64,000 nucleotides of DNA, from positions 64,001 through 128,000 of the forward strand of contig JBALDB010000051.1 in the NCBI GenBank assembly GCA_036918135.1, given 5' to 3'. The DNA comes from Nostoc sp. (lineage in GTDB: Bacteria; Cyanobacteriota; Cyanobacteriia; Cyanobacteriales; Nostocaceae). The notes beneath the pieces are model-generated. The model was not told where the DNA came from, ran no database searches, and saw nothing but the letters and a program-made list of their open reading frames with translations. Position numbers and translations under genes: made by a program. Below are positions 31,387-42,460 of this stretch, in pieces (within the stretch, counting starts at the first letter, position 1; each line of letters begins with the position of its first letter).

Positions 31387-32436
31387 ATGCCACTTCAGTT
31401 TGGAATTTGGTCGCCGGTCTGTGGTGGATGGTTGCGAGTTGTCAACCATGAGACTAATTTATCTACCCAAGACTTGGTAAAGCTGGCGGTTCAAGCAGAC
31501 GAGTTAGGTTATCACTTTTATTACATTCCCGAACATTACTTGAATGCAGTTCACGGGCCTAGCTATAATGTCGCTGACGCTTGGATTACAGCAGCTTTAG
31601 CAAGTTTGAACACCAAGAATATAAAGATTGTTGCAGCTGTACAACCTGGTTTTAAACTGCCAGCTGTTGTTGCCAAGCTGAGTGCAAACATTCAAAATCA
31701 ACTCAGTAATGGGAGATTTGCTCTTAGCGGTATTGCAGGTTGGTGGAAATTAGAAGTAGAAAGCTATGGAGACATCTGGCTACCTCATAGCGATCGCTAC
31801 GCACGATTAGAAGAATACATTGATGTGATTAAGGGACTATGGACAGTTGAAGACTTTAATTACGTTGGCAAGTATTACACAATTAATGGTGGTATTCTCA
31901 CAGATAAGCCGATACCAACACCACCGATTTTCATTGCTGGTGAATCAGACCGTGCGATTAACCTAGCGGCTCGTCAGGGAGATTATTTATTTATCAATGC
32001 TGACGATCCCCAAAAAACGGCAGCACTGGTGCAGAAAGTGAAAAAATTGGCTAGCGATCGCTACGGTCGTCAGATTAAAGTGGCGATGAGTGCGTTTGCG
32101 ATCATTGATGAAAATACCACTCAAGCACAAGCTAGATTAGAAGCGATTTATCGTTCTGCTGACCGACAGCAGATTGAGTATTTTCAACAACAAATCGATC
32201 CTAACGTAGTTGCCCACAACAAACTAGATATTAGTCAAACTATTGAAGCCAATCTCGGTTTATCTGCTCAACTGGTTGGCGATCGTCATACTATAATTCA
32301 ACGTTTAAAAGAATATGAAGCCGTTGGCGTTGACTTAATAGTACTTAAATTTGAATCTATGTTAGAAGACACTATTCGCTTCCATAAATTAGTCATTTCT
32401 GAATATAGACAGCAGAATAGCTTAATTCCGTTGTAA
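31387..32436 (+). CDS. LLM-class flavin-dependent monooxygenase (SsuD/SfnG-like)
   Basis: FGIWSPVCGGW, AAVQPG, GRFAL..IAGWW, HSDRY, PPIFIAGES, LVG. Confidence 0.85.
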   Translation: MPLQFGIWSPVCGGWLRVVNHETNLSTQDLVKLAVQADELGYHFYYIPEHYLNAVHGPSYNVADAWITAALASLNTKNIKIVAAVQPGFKLPAVVAKLSANIQNQLSNGRFALSGIAGWWKLEVESYGDIWLPHSDRYARLEEYIDVIKGLWTVEDFNYVGKYYTINGGILTDKPIPTPPIFIAGESDRAINLAARQGDYLFINADDPQKTAALVQKVKKLASDRYGRQIKVAMSAFAIIDENTTQAQARLEAIYRSADRQQIEYFQQQIDPNVVAHNKLDISQTIEANLGLSAQLVGDRHTIIQRLKEYEAVGVDLIVLKFESMLEDTIRFHKLVISEYRQQNSLIPL

Positions 32437-32459
32437 TTCAAAATCTTGCTTGATTTAGT

Positions 32460-34547
32460 ATGAATAAGATTAAACTCGAAGATATTACCCTAAATCACAT
32501 CAAGATTTTAAAAGCAGTAGATGACTGTGGCAGCTTCTCTAAAGCAGCACAAAAACTAGGGTATAGTCAAGGACTAATTAGCAAAAAAGTAAAGCAAACA
32601 GAGGATTATTTCGGAGTAACTCTCCTCAATCGCTCTCCTGGCTCTATATGCTTGACTAATAAAGGTAAAAAATTAATTTCCCAAACACTTAATGTAGTAG
32701 AAACTGTAGAAAATCTGCGAGAAGAATTTCAGGTAACATTTAGCACTGAGGGCGAAGAATTAATATTAGGAGCTACTAATTTAATTTTAGAAGTCTGGCT
32801 TCAACAATATTTGCAGCGATTTCAGCTTTGTTTTCCAGGCAGAAATATCAAAGAAATTGCGGTTCAAAATAGCGGATTTTTTTCAAATTCTCAATTTAGA
32901 GGAATGGAGCTATTGCTCAACAGTTGCTCTGGATATAAGGAAGAACACCATTGTACTAGATTAACAACTCATAAAATGCTGTTAGTCTTATTTGGGACAA
33001 ATAAATATTTTAATGAGCAAAGCTCGATTAAAATAAATGATATTTATCTGACTGATATTGTACTTTTAGATGAAGTTCATCAAGAACTATCTAAAAATGC
33101 TTTTCTGATGAATAAATTAAGTAGTGTACAAGTACTACATAGTTATCAGGATGTACTCAAATATGCTTCAGAAAATCAAAAACTAACAATTTTACCTGAC
33201 TTTTGTCAAGCTGATATTATATCTCAATACCAAGTACTAACTCTTCCTATACAAGATGTTAATGAATATGGTATTTATATTCATGTTCCTCGCTTTAGTG
33301 AATTGTTAGTGTCCGCAGAAAGTTTGGTGAGAAGTTTTAGACTTAATCGAGATAATTTGGAAAGTTTACCTAATATAAATCTAATTTTAAGTAGCTGTTC
33401 TTCTTTAGAAGAAAATGTTCTTAGAGTAGGTATTCAAAGTGATTCTATCGGTCAGTTGGTTGCAGGGTACGGAGCCAAGTATGTTTATGATTTACAAAAA
33501 GCATCTTCATCACTTGAACAGCCTATTTTCAAAAATATTGAAATTAACCGAGATTTCGAGTTCCAAATTTTACCATTTACCTCTGGGGAACAAATGAATC
33601 GACAGATGAAACGCGGAGAACTAGATATTTGTATTTTAGATGACATTTCTCTCTTAAATAATGGTAGCCAGTTCTTTGATGATTTCAGTTTTGGTTCTAA
33701 ATTAATTGGGATTGCTTCATATAATCTTTTGGGCCAGGATATTAACATTGTTCTTCATAAAGATTCTACGATAAACACTGTCCAAGATCTGAAAGGAAAA
33801 CGGATATCTACTATATTTGGTTCCAATGCTCATAGGTTTATTATTACTCTTTTTGACCTCTATCAAATGGATGTTAGTAAAGATTGCAGATTAGTTGATG
33901 AAAAGCCTCAAGAAGCTAGCAGAAGTATGGCAAACAAAACTATAGATGCCTACGTGTGTTGTCACACTTTTTCATCAATTTTAGAAAAATATCCTTTTAT
34001 CAAAAAGTTTTCTTTATTTCATACAGTTAGTTTAAAAATTCCATCAATAAGGGGAATTGTTTGCAGTTCGCATTTCCTTAAAGAAAACCCTAAAATGGTT
34101 ATTGCTTATTTACATGATTTGCTAGTTGCTAACTATTGGTTTAATTCATCTCCAATTAAGGCGACCAATTTATTGGCTAAAGTAATTGAGGTGACAACAA
34201 TTCAAATAAATCAGTTTTATAATCCTAGTTCTGGTAACCGCATAGATCCAACACTCAAGCCTCAATGGTCTTGGTTACTTAAAACTTTAAATCGCAGATT
34301 AGAAGGAAAATATGGCATTTCATTATTTGATGTAGATTTCTGGATTGATGATTATTTCTTGAGGCTTGTCTATAATCTGCTCAATCTAGATTATCATTTT
34401 CATCAAGTTTCTTTTTCAAGTGAATTCTCAAGTAGCTATTTTGTAGAGGAACAATTCAGCCGATATATGAAAGTTCTCTATGATAGTTATAATTTTCCGC
34501 AGCAAGATGAAGATATAGCCGTAGTCACACCCTTTAGGACATTTTGA
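32460..34547 (+). CDS. LysR-type regulator fused to a C-terminal NitT/TauT (SsuA-like) substrate-binding domain
   Basis: N-terminal GSFSKAAQKLGYSQ..ISKK...LLNRS HTH; C-terminal PFTSG...GELDI...DSTINTVQDLKGKRI...GSNAH. Confidence 0.8.
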   Translation: MNKIKLEDITLNHIKILKAVDDCGSFSKAAQKLGYSQGLISKKVKQTEDYFGVTLLNRSPGSICLTNKGKKLISQTLNVVETVENLREEFQVTFSTEGEELILGATNLILEVWLQQYLQRFQLCFPGRNIKEIAVQNSGFFSNSQFRGMELLLNSCSGYKEEHHCTRLTTHKMLLVLFGTNKYFNEQSSIKINDIYLTDIVLLDEVHQELSKNAFLMNKLSSVQVLHSYQDVLKYASENQKLTILPDFCQADIISQYQVLTLPIQDVNEYGIYIHVPRFSELLVSAESLVRSFRLNRDNLESLPNINLILSSCSSLEENVLRVGIQSDSIGQLVAGYGAKYVYDLQKASSSLEQPIFKNIEINRDFEFQILPFTSGEQMNRQMKRGELDICILDDISLLNNGSQFFDDFSFGSKLIGIASYNLLGQDINIVLHKDSTINTVQDLKGKRISTIFGSNAHRFIITLFDLYQMDVSKDCRLVDEKPQEASRSMANKTIDAYVCCHTFSSILEKYPFIKKFSLFHTVSLKIPSIRGIVCSSHFLKENPKMVIAYLHDLLVANYWFNSSPIKATNLLAKVIEVTTIQINQFYNPSSGNRIDPTLKPQWSWLLKTLNRRLEGKYGISLFDVDFWIDDYFLRLVYNLLNLDYHFHQVSFSSEFSSSYFVEEQFSRYMKVLYDSYNFPQQDEDIAVVTPFRTF

Positions 34548-34728
34548 AAAGATGAATGCTAGGAATAGTAGCTGAGGAAGCTGTGGTATGGATGCAGACT
34601 CACGTCTTCTCCCTACTAACTGATTCAAACGGGTGCGTGATATGGCGATTGTCACAGCAGCGATCGCCATTTAAGCCAAAACCCAAAACATCAGAACTAC
34701 GCATAGCATCGGCTAGTTTATACTGTGA

Positions 34729-35331
34729 TTACTGATTTTGCTGACGATTAATATCTTGCAGGTCAAGAGCATAATTTAATCGTAGGACATTGACACCAGG
34801 CTCACCAAAAATCCATAAAAATCTTTCGTCAGTATACTTATTAATTAGACGTAAAATTTCATCTTCTTTGACTCCACGGGCACGAGCGACTCGCTCCAAT
34901 TGCTGACGTGCTGCTCTTATAGAAATATGCGGATCTAACCCAGAACCAGAGGTGTAAATAATATCAGCGATTGGTTGAAGATTTTCATCTCGCAATTCAT
35001 TTGCCTGCTCTATAATCCGCTTGAGAAGCTCTGGATTGCTAGGAGCGAGATTGCTGGCTCCAGATATACCAGTTGGTCTTGCTTTTTTACCTTGGCTATA
35101 TCTAACAGTACTGGGACGAGGATAGAAATATCGCTCAGATGTGAAGATTTGACCAATCAAAGCTGAACCAATTGGTTCATTATTTAAGTTTCGCATGATA
35201 CTGCCGTTAGCTTGGTAGGGCAAAAAAACTTGACCCACTACAAGGATTATCAGAGGATAGACGATCGCAGTTAACAGCCAAAGCATTAGAGTAATGAAAA
35301 TTGCTCTGATTGTTTCTCGAATAATAGCCAT
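34729..35331 (-). CDS. kdpC: K+-transporting ATPase subunit C
   Basis: QANGS, GSALIGQ, SGASNL, TSGSGLDPHIS, VNVLRLN. Confidence 0.95.
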   Translation of the reverse strand: MAIIRETIRAIFITLMLWLLTAIVYPLIILVVGQVFLPYQANGSIMRNLNNEPIGSALIGQIFTSERYFYPRPSTVRYSQGKKARPTGISGASNLAPSNPELLKRIIEQANELRDENLQPIADIIYTSGSGLDPHISIRAARQQLERVARARGVKEDEILRLINKYTDERFLWIFGEPGVNVLRLNYALDLQDINRQQNQ

Positions 35332-35371
35332 AATAAATTTTCCACCTACTCCTAAAACTAATTTTTAATTT

Positions 35372-35531
35372 TTAATTTTTAACTATTTTCCAAGATAGGT
35401 TGCTGTCAACAGTATAAATATTCGGGACAACTACCACATTCAACCACAACAGGCTAAAAATAGCGAGTGGTAAATGTTGTTTATAGGATTACTACCAAAC
35501 AAAGGATATCCTGCAAGCATTTCTTTTGCAT
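35372..35531 (-). pseudogene. Degenerate small Kdp subunit (extended KdpF/KdpG-like)
   Basis: Manual translation ...YKQHLPLAIFSLLWLNVVVVPNIY... out of frame with ATG at 35531, at the usual position between kdpB and kdpC. Confidence 0.55.
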
Positions 35532-35818
35532 AAGTTATCTAACTACGATCTCAAAGTTCTGAGAGGGTATTATTCATCTTGTTTTCTACGAGATACCCCA
35601 ACCTCAGCCTTCGTACAACTTCACGAAGTGGAGCAGGTTTAATCTAATGACTCGATGCCATTAGATTAAACAACTTCCAAGTTGATAACACGATTAAACC
35701 TATGTTTAGCTGTATCAAGAGTTATTGACATTTTTTTCCCCTCTCAACAGGTAAAAATGTCTATTATCTTACCTTGGTAACAGGCGTTTGTCTTGTAGCA
35801 TGTGTATTTTTAGTGTTA

Positions 35819-37924
35819 TTAAGCTAAGCCTACAACTGTAATCAGCATATCTATCAACTTAATGACGATAAACGGCGCAATCAACCCACCTAACCCATAA
35901 ATTAAGATATTACGTTGCAATAGCTGATTAGCCGTCAAGGGTCTAAACTGCACGCCTTTCAATGCCAAAGGAATCAAAGCTGGAATAATCAAAGCGTTGT
36001 AAATCAGTGCTGATAATACAGCAGAATTAGCGCTAGTCAAATTCATAATATTCAGGCTCTGCAGGTTAGCAGCAGCAAACACTGCTGGAATAATCGCAAA
36101 GTATTTAGCAATATCATTAGCGATGGAAAACGTAGTCAATGCACCGCGAGTAATCAGCAATTGTTTGCCAATGCTAACAATATCAATTAATTTTGTGGGA
36201 TCTGAGTCCAAATCCACCATGTTGGCGGCTTCTTTTGCGGCTTGGGTTCCTGTATTCATGGCGACGCCGACGTTAGCTTGGGCTAATGCTGGAGCATCGT
36301 TAGTTCCGTCCCCCGTCATCGCAACTAGTTTGCCTGCTGCTTGTTCTTTTTGAATCACACTGATTTTGTCTTCTGGTGTGGCTTCGGCGATGAAGTCATC
36401 CACTCCGGCTTCTCTAGCAATCACGGAAGCAGTAATCCGGTTATCTCCTGTTAGCATCACAGTACGCACTCCCATACGTCGCAGTGCAAGAAAGCGATCG
36501 CGGATACCAGGTTTGACAATATCTTTGAGATAAATGATCCCGTAGATTTCGTTATCGAGGCTAACTGCTAAGGGTGTACCTCCCAGCTGAGAAACTCGTT
36601 CATAAGCTGCATCCAGTTCTGGAGTATCTTCTCCGTTGCGAGAACGGACAAATCCTTTAATGGCTCCGACTGCTCCCTTCCTGGCCTCGTGTCCACCAGC
36701 TAAGTTCGTACCGCTCATGCGTGTTCTGGCAGAAAAATCCACCCCTTGTGCCTGACTGGAGTCAAAATCAAAGCGTGCGCCTAACTTTTCTGCCAGCCGG
36801 AGAATCGATTTACCTTCTGGTGTATCATCAAAAACACTAGCCGCCCAAGCAACACTAGCAATTTCCAGCATAGTATGACCGTTGATTGGGATAAATTCTT
36901 CCGCCAACCGATTACCAAGGGTAATTGTACCTGTTTTATCGAGAACTAGAGTGTTAACATCGCCAGAGGCTTCTACGGCTCGTCCTGAGGTAGCAATAAC
37001 GTTAAATTGGGCAACTCGATCCATACCAGCAATACCAATAGTACTCAGTAACCCGCCAATGGTGGTAGGAATCAATGCTACTAGTAGGGCAATCAAAATT
37101 GGGATGCTAACTGGATTATCGACATAATAGGCAAGTGCGGGCAAAGTCGCCACGACAAACAAAAAGATTAAGCTGAGAACTGCCAGCAACACCGTCAAGG
37201 CAATTTCATTGGGTGTTTTGCTGCGTTGTGCCCCTTCCACCAAGGCAATCATCCTGTCGATAAAACCTTTACCTGGGTCAGATGTGATGCGGATAATTAA
37301 TTCGTCTGAGATAATCCGCGTCCCACCAGTGACGGAACTGGCTACATCGGAGCCTGATTCTTTTAATACTGGTGCAGATTCTCCAGTAATTGCCGATTCA
37401 TCCACCGAGGCGACACCCATGATTACCTCGCCATCAGCAGGTATAATATCCCCAGCAACTACGTAGATGTTATCACCTTGTTTGAGGGCGGTAGATGAAA
37501 CTTCATTAATTGTGCCATCGCTAGCGAGTTTTTTGGCGATCGTCTCTGATTTTGTAGACCGCAAAGCATCGGCTTGAGCTTTTCCCCGTCCTTCAGCTAC
37601 GGCTTCAGCAAAATTAGCAAACCAAACTGTGAAGAATAAAATCGCTGATAACAAACCGTTAAACAGTTGTGGTTTCTTTTGAGTGACTGGGCCAAATAAG
37701 TTGGGATCGATGGTTACCAATAGAGTAACAATTGTCCCCACCCAAACCAAAAACATCACCGGATTTTTGATTGCATACTTAGGGTTGAGCTTGACAAAAG
37801 CATCTCTCGCTGCCCTGAAGTACAACAACTTAGTATTTACCCTCACTTTTTTACGTGCTTGGCGGCGATCGCCAGGACGAGAACTCGCACGTCTAGCTTT
37901 GGAGGTAGGTGCCCCTTTATTCAT
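35819..37924 (-). CDS. kdpB: K+-transporting ATPase subunit B
   Basis: [25 protein letters not shown]. Confidence 0.97.
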   Translation of the reverse strand: MNKGAPTSKARRASSRPGDRRQARKKVRVNTKLLYFRAARDAFVKLNPKYAIKNPVMFLVWVGTIVTLLVTIDPNLFGPVTQKKPQLFNGLLSAILFFTVWFANFAEAVAEGRGKAQADALRSTKSETIAKKLASDGTINEVSSTALKQGDNIYVVAGDIIPADGEVIMGVASVDESAITGESAPVLKESGSDVASSVTGGTRIISDELIIRITSDPGKGFIDRMIALVEGAQRSKTPNEIALTVLLAVLSLIFLFVVATLPALAYYVDNPVSIPILIALLVALIPTTIGGLLSTIGIAGMDRVAQFNVIATSGRAVEASGDVNTLVLDKTGTITLGNRLAEEFIPINGHTMLEIASVAWAASVFDDTPEGKSILRLAEKLGARFDFDSSQAQGVDFSARTRMSGTNLAGGHEARKGAVGAIKGFVRSRNGEDTPELDAAYERVSQLGGTPLAVSLDNEIYGIIYLKDIVKPGIRDRFLALRRMGVRTVMLTGDNRITASVIAREAGVDDFIAEATPEDKISVIQKEQAAGKLVAMTGDGTNDAPALAQANVGVAMNTGTQAAKEAANMVDLDSDPTKLIDIVSIGKQLLITRGALTTFSIANDIAKYFAIIPAVFAAANLQSLNIMNLTSANSAVLSALIYNALIIPALIPLALKGVQFRPLTANQLLQRNILIYGLGGLIAPFIVIKLIDMLITVVGLA

Positions 37925-38026
37925 AAAGTCAAGTTAGGAGTTAGAAATTAAAAATTAAAAGTTAGAAGATGATTGATAATTGATAACTGTTGACTGTTAA
38001 CCATCAACCGTCAACAGATAACTTTT

Positions 38027-39712
38027 CTATCTGCCAGCGGCTAGTTGCAAACCCTCGGCTATAGGGCCTAAAGCGAGAACGGGAAAGAAAGTCAACACTC
38101 CTAAAATTAGTGTTACTCCAGCAGCGATCCCAGTGAATATCAAAGAATCAGTTCTCAAAGTACCAGGGGTTTCGGGAACTGCTTGTTTGCGAGACATGCC
38201 GTCAGCTAACAGTAGGATGGCAAACATCGGAATGTAGCGTCCTGCTATCAAGCTAACTAAAGTACTCAAGTTCCACCATAAGGTGTTATCTTTCAATCCT
38301 TCTAAGCCAGAACCATTATTTGCCCCGGCTGAGGCATATTCATAGACTACTTGGGAAATGCCGTGATAGCTAGGATTGCTAATTCCAGCTAGGGAAATTG
38401 GATAAGCTAAGGCGATCGCGCTGGGAATTAAAACTACAATTGGGTGAACTAACAATACTACGCTGGCAAGGACGATTTCTCGTTTTTCAATTTTGCGTCC
38501 TAAGAACTCTGGGGTACGTCCCACCATTAGCCCAGTCAGAAAAACGGTGAGAATCAAGTAAATGAATAAGTAAGCTGTGCCAGTTCCTTCACCGCCCCAG
38601 ATAATTTGGATAAACATATTGAACAAAGTCGAAAATATTCCTTGTGACATTAAGGAATCGTGCATCCCGTTGACAGCACCACACATGGTAGCGGTGGTCG
38701 TAACTGCCCAAAATGCCGTTTCTGCCCAACCAAATCGGACTTCTTTACCCTCTAAATTCGCTTGTTCTAATCCAAAGGATCTGTTAACTACGGGATTACC
38801 TTGTAGTTCTCCCACGGCTGTGACTCCAACCAGAACTACAAAAATTACAAACACCATCCAGAAAAGCAACCACGCTTGTTTGATGTTGTTGGCAAACACA
38901 CCATAAGTGTAAATTAAGGCTGCTGGGATGGAAATCATGGCGATCGTTTCGATTAAATTAGAAGCGCCATTGGGATTTTCAAAGGGATGGGCAGAATTAG
39001 CACCAAAAAAGCCGCCACCATTCTCACCCAACATTTTGATTGCCTCAAAGGATGCTACCGGGCCTCTGGCAATATACTGGGTTGCTCCCTCCAAGGTTGT
39101 CACATCCATAGTCCCAGCTAACGTTTGCGGTACACCTACTACAATTAAGGCGATCGCACTAATAATTGAAATTGGCAGCAATATGCGCGCGATCGCACGT
39201 GTAAGATCGACGTAAAAATTACCTAGTCGTCTACCCGTTAACCCGCGAATAAAAGCAATTCCCACTGCTAAGCCGGTGGCTGCGGAGGTAAACATCAAAA
39301 AGCCTAAAGCCGCTACCTGACTAAAATAACTTAAAGTTGTTTCACCAGCATAGTGTTGCTGATCGGTATTCGTTAAAAATGAAATTGTTGTGTGCAACAA
39401 TACATCCCAACTAATCGCACCTAAGCCGTTAGGATTCCAGGGTAAGAATCTTTGAAAATATAACAGTAAATATACTGTAACTCCCATAATTAAATTAGTG
39501 AAGACTACAGCCCGGATATATTGCCAGCCCGTCATATCATCTTTTTTACGGACACCCGCTAGTACGTATATACTTCGCTCTATCGGGTTGATTAAGAAAT
39601 CAAGCGGTGTTCTTTCTCCCATGAAGACACGCGCCATGTATCTTCCAAATACCGGAGTGATTGCTACAACGATACACAGCGTTAAGCCGATTTGTAAAAA
39701 ACCTTGTCCCAT
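38027..39712 (-). CDS. kdpA: K+-transporting ATPase subunit A
   Basis: [40 protein letters not shown]. Confidence 0.97.
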   Translation of the reverse strand: MGQGFLQIGLTLCIVVAITPVFGRYMARVFMGERTPLDFLINPIERSIYVLAGVRKKDDMTGWQYIRAVVFTNLIMGVTVYLLLYFQRFLPWNPNGLGAISWDVLLHTTISFLTNTDQQHYAGETTLSYFSQVAALGFLMFTSAATGLAVGIAFIRGLTGRRLGNFYVDLTRAIARILLPISIISAIALIVVGVPQTLAGTMDVTTLEGATQYIARGPVASFEAIKMLGENGGGFFGANSAHPFENPNGASNLIETIAMISIPAALIYTYGVFANNIKQAWLLFWMVFVIFVVLVGVTAVGELQGNPVVNRSFGLEQANLEGKEVRFGWAETAFWAVTTTATMCGAVNGMHDSLMSQGIFSTLFNMFIQIIWGGEGTGTAYLFIYLILTVFLTGLMVGRTPEFLGRKIEKREIVLASVVLLVHPIVVLIPSAIALAYPISLAGISNPSYHGISQVVYEYASAGANNGSGLEGLKDNTLWWNLSTLVSLIAGRYIPMFAILLLADGMSRKQAVPETPGTLRTDSLIFTGIAAGVTLILGVLTFFPVLALGPIAEGLQLAAGR

Positions 39713-40293
39713 TTTGCGCTCTATATAAACTTAAGTGCTAGCAAGCCAATTCTTAAAAATAACAGATTAACTGTTGGTATATTTCATTTCTCGTGACTTG
39801 GCAATATCTCATACCATTTTGAATCAAAAAATTTTAGATTTTCAATAGCTTTGCCATTTTTTGGCAGTTGGGTTAAGCCAACGAGACTAAACCCAGCAAT
39901 CGAGGCATTTTTTGATTTAGCGAAGATATTGATTTTAGAATGTCAAACATTTACTGAATCAGATTTTCAGCTTTCTCTATCTCGCAATCATTTTTTAAAT
40001 TGGTATCATATCATTTAAATGGTTCTCAGTAATGAACCCCCAAAATTTACATGCCTTGGGTAACCTAGCCTTTGCGCGTCTACGAGGTAGACCGCCGTAA
40101 GTCACTTCTTACTGAGTTAAGATATTGCACTTTCTTTACTGATTAGGCAATTACTATTTTCCAAATGCCCGTTCAAGTTTATGTTAAGAATATATTTACT
40201 ACTGTAACAAAGTAAGTTTTTCAAATCACATCTGACCGCTATAACTCATTGTTATATTGAAATTAGCACGATGATTTTTTGAGGTTAATAAAA

Positions 40294-40815
40294 ATGACAC
40301 AAGAATTAATAGACCTCAGAAATTGTATTTTAGAAGGACGTTACGCAGATGCTTTAGCAATTGTTGATGAATTAGAAGGCATGAGTAAACAAGCTATTCT
40401 GCGTAATATTCAAGTATATTTAATAATTCTCCTGATTCATTTAATTAAAAATCAACTAGAGCAGAGATTAACCAATTCTTGGATAACTTCTATTCGGAAT
40501 TCAATTCGAGAAATTAAAAAGCTAAATATTAAAGATAATAAAACATCTTATTACATCAATTCTGATGAATGGGAGAAAATGATAGAAGAGGAAGTTATGG
40601 AAGATGCGATCGCTGATGCCAGCGAAGAAGTCATGAATGGTCAATTCACTCGCTCTCAATTGTCAGCGATACTAGATAAAAACCAGATTTTAACTACAGC
40701 CAAAAATTTTATAGCTTTAACATATACTTATTCACCAAAGGAATTACCAGCAATTATGGATAATTATCTCAGTCAGTTAGCTGGGGGAGAAAATTGGATA
40801 AATCGGCAAAAATAA
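40294..40815 (+). CDS. DUF29 family protein
   Basis: ELEGMSK...LLIHLIK...SW..SIRN. Confidence 0.8.
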   Translation: MTQELIDLRNCILEGRYADALAIVDELEGMSKQAILRNIQVYLIILLIHLIKNQLEQRLTNSWITSIRNSIREIKKLNIKDNKTSYYINSDEWEKMIEEEVMEDAIADASEEVMNGQFTRSQLSAILDKNQILTTAKNFIALTYTYSPKELPAIMDNYLSQLAGGENWINRQK

Positions 40816-40940
40816 GGCGATCGCTATTTATTTGCAGAATCCATTGAATATTCCACTATGCTGATTGCTAAAGCGTAGTATTTATTTTATAGTACTGTAC
40901 GGATAACAAACAACAAAGTTTTTGCCAATTTAAGGTAGAG

Positions 40941-41777
40941 ATGATCGAAGAAATAACTCGCCGCAAATTTATCGCCACAGCCACCTTGGCGACGGGTTTT
41001 GCTTTAGCAGTGCAACCGATTTCTGCTGGAGTTATCACCACCGATAGCAAGGGATTAGTAGCTGGTGGCGTGAAAATTCCCGTTAAAGATGGCGAAATTC
41101 CTGCCTATCGAGCAGTACCCGCCACTGGTGAGAATTTCCCCATTGTTCTAGTAATCCAGGAAATTTTTGGCGTACACGAGCATATTCAGGATATCACTCG
41201 CCGCTTTGCCAAGTTGGGGTATTTGGCGATCGCTCCAGAATTATTTATCCGTCAAGGTGATGTCTCCAAGTTGAGCAGCATAGACGAAATTCGCCCAATT
41301 GTTGCCAAAGTACCAGATACCCAAGTGTTATCCGACCTTGACGCCACATTAGACTGGGCTGTGAAATCAGCCAAGGGTAATGCCAATAAATTGGCAATTA
41401 CAGGCTTCTGTTGGGGCGGTCGCATCGTCTGGCTATACACAGCACACAATCCCCAAGTAAAGGCGGGTGTGGCTTGGTACGGGCGACTCGTGGGCGATGC
41501 TACTAAACTTCAGCCCAAGTATCCCGTGGATATTGCATCAAAACTGACAGTCCCAATTCTCGGACTCTATGGTGGTCAGGATACAAGTATTCCCCTAGAT
41601 ACAGTAGAGCAAATGCGCGATCGCTTGAAGTCAAGCAGCAGTAAATCTGAGATCGTCGTTTACCCCAATGCACCCCACGCCTTTTTTGCGGATTATCGTT
41701 CGTCTTACCGCGAAAAAGAAGCTAAGGACGGTTGGCAGCGCCTTTTAGCGTGGTTTAAGAGTCACGGAATGCAATAA
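40941..41777 (+). CDS. Dienelactone hydrolase family protein with Tat-like N-terminus
   Basis: TRRKFI, QEIFG, GFCWGG, HAF. Confidence 0.9.
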   Translation: MIEEITRRKFIATATLATGFALAVQPISAGVITTDSKGLVAGGVKIPVKDGEIPAYRAVPATGENFPIVLVIQEIFGVHEHIQDITRRFAKLGYLAIAPELFIRQGDVSKLSSIDEIRPIVAKVPDTQVLSDLDATLDWAVKSAKGNANKLAITGFCWGGRIVWLYTAHNPQVKAGVAWYGRLVGDATKLQPKYPVDIASKLTVPILGLYGGQDTSIPLDTVEQMRDRLKSSSSKSEIVVYPNAPHAFFADYRSSYREKEAKDGWQRLLAWFKSHGMQ

Positions 41778-41873
41778 ACTGTTATATTATTGGGCATTGG
41801 CTATTAGTCAAATAACTTTGGATGAAAAAATTTGAGATTTTAAATAGTCAACCAACAATTATTTGATTTGAGC

Positions 41874-42197
41874 ATGAGTCAAAGTGAGATCCGACAAAAG
41901 ATAGCTGGTTTAGTAAAAATCACATCTATAATTTTAATCCTGGGTGCCATAGGGTTAGAATTAGCAAACATTTTTGGGTTATTAAACACTAACAATACTC
42001 CCAATATTTTTACTCCAATTTTAGGGATAGCAAGATTTGCACTTATAGCTCATTTATTAGAGGGAATAATAGCAGCTATTTATGCAGGTTCAAAAAGTCA
42101 ACTGCCATTACGATATGGGATTTATACTTTTTTCGTAGGTACAATTGGCTTAGTGGAACTATTTAGGCAAGAAAGTAGATATAGGACTCCTATTTAA
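41874..42197 (+). CDS. Hypothetical membrane protein
   Basis: Hydrophobic segments; AHLLEG...YTFFVG. Confidence 0.7.
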   Translation: MSQSEIRQKIAGLVKITSIILILGAIGLELANIFGLLNTNNTPNIFTPILGIARFALIAHLLEGIIAAIYAGSKSQLPLRYGIYTFFVGTIGLVELFRQESRYRTPI

Positions 42198-42336
42198 TTT
42201 TTGAAGTGGGTAATTAATTGTTCGGAATAATGTAAATAAATCTAAAAATGCACTGCCTCCCTAACCTAGACAAATTTATTTTTTAGTTTAACTAAGTGGT
42301 ATTAGAATAAAAAGTCAACTTCAGGTTAAAAGCTGC

Positions 42337-42460
42337 TAAGTAAGTCAGCATAATAAAACCAAACTATGCTAAGAAAAATTAATTAAGATAAAACCCTCTT
42401 CCCTCCTGCCTTCTGCCTCCTGCCTTATCTTAATGATAAATATTCACGCCGACCTACTTA
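42337..42460. mobile_element. MITE-like element, family B
   Basis: TAAGTAAGTCAGC / GCCGACCTACTTA ends; related copy at 55643-55736. Confidence 0.55.

Noticed and set aside
39713..40200. c-di-AMP riboswitch upstream of kdpA
   Set aside because: Could not find the conserved elements by eye; region looks MITE-derived. An Infernal/Rfam scan would decide
40854..40899. Sulfur operator before the dienelactone hydrolase
   Set aside because: Only one arm (TACTGTA) fits; the other is poor
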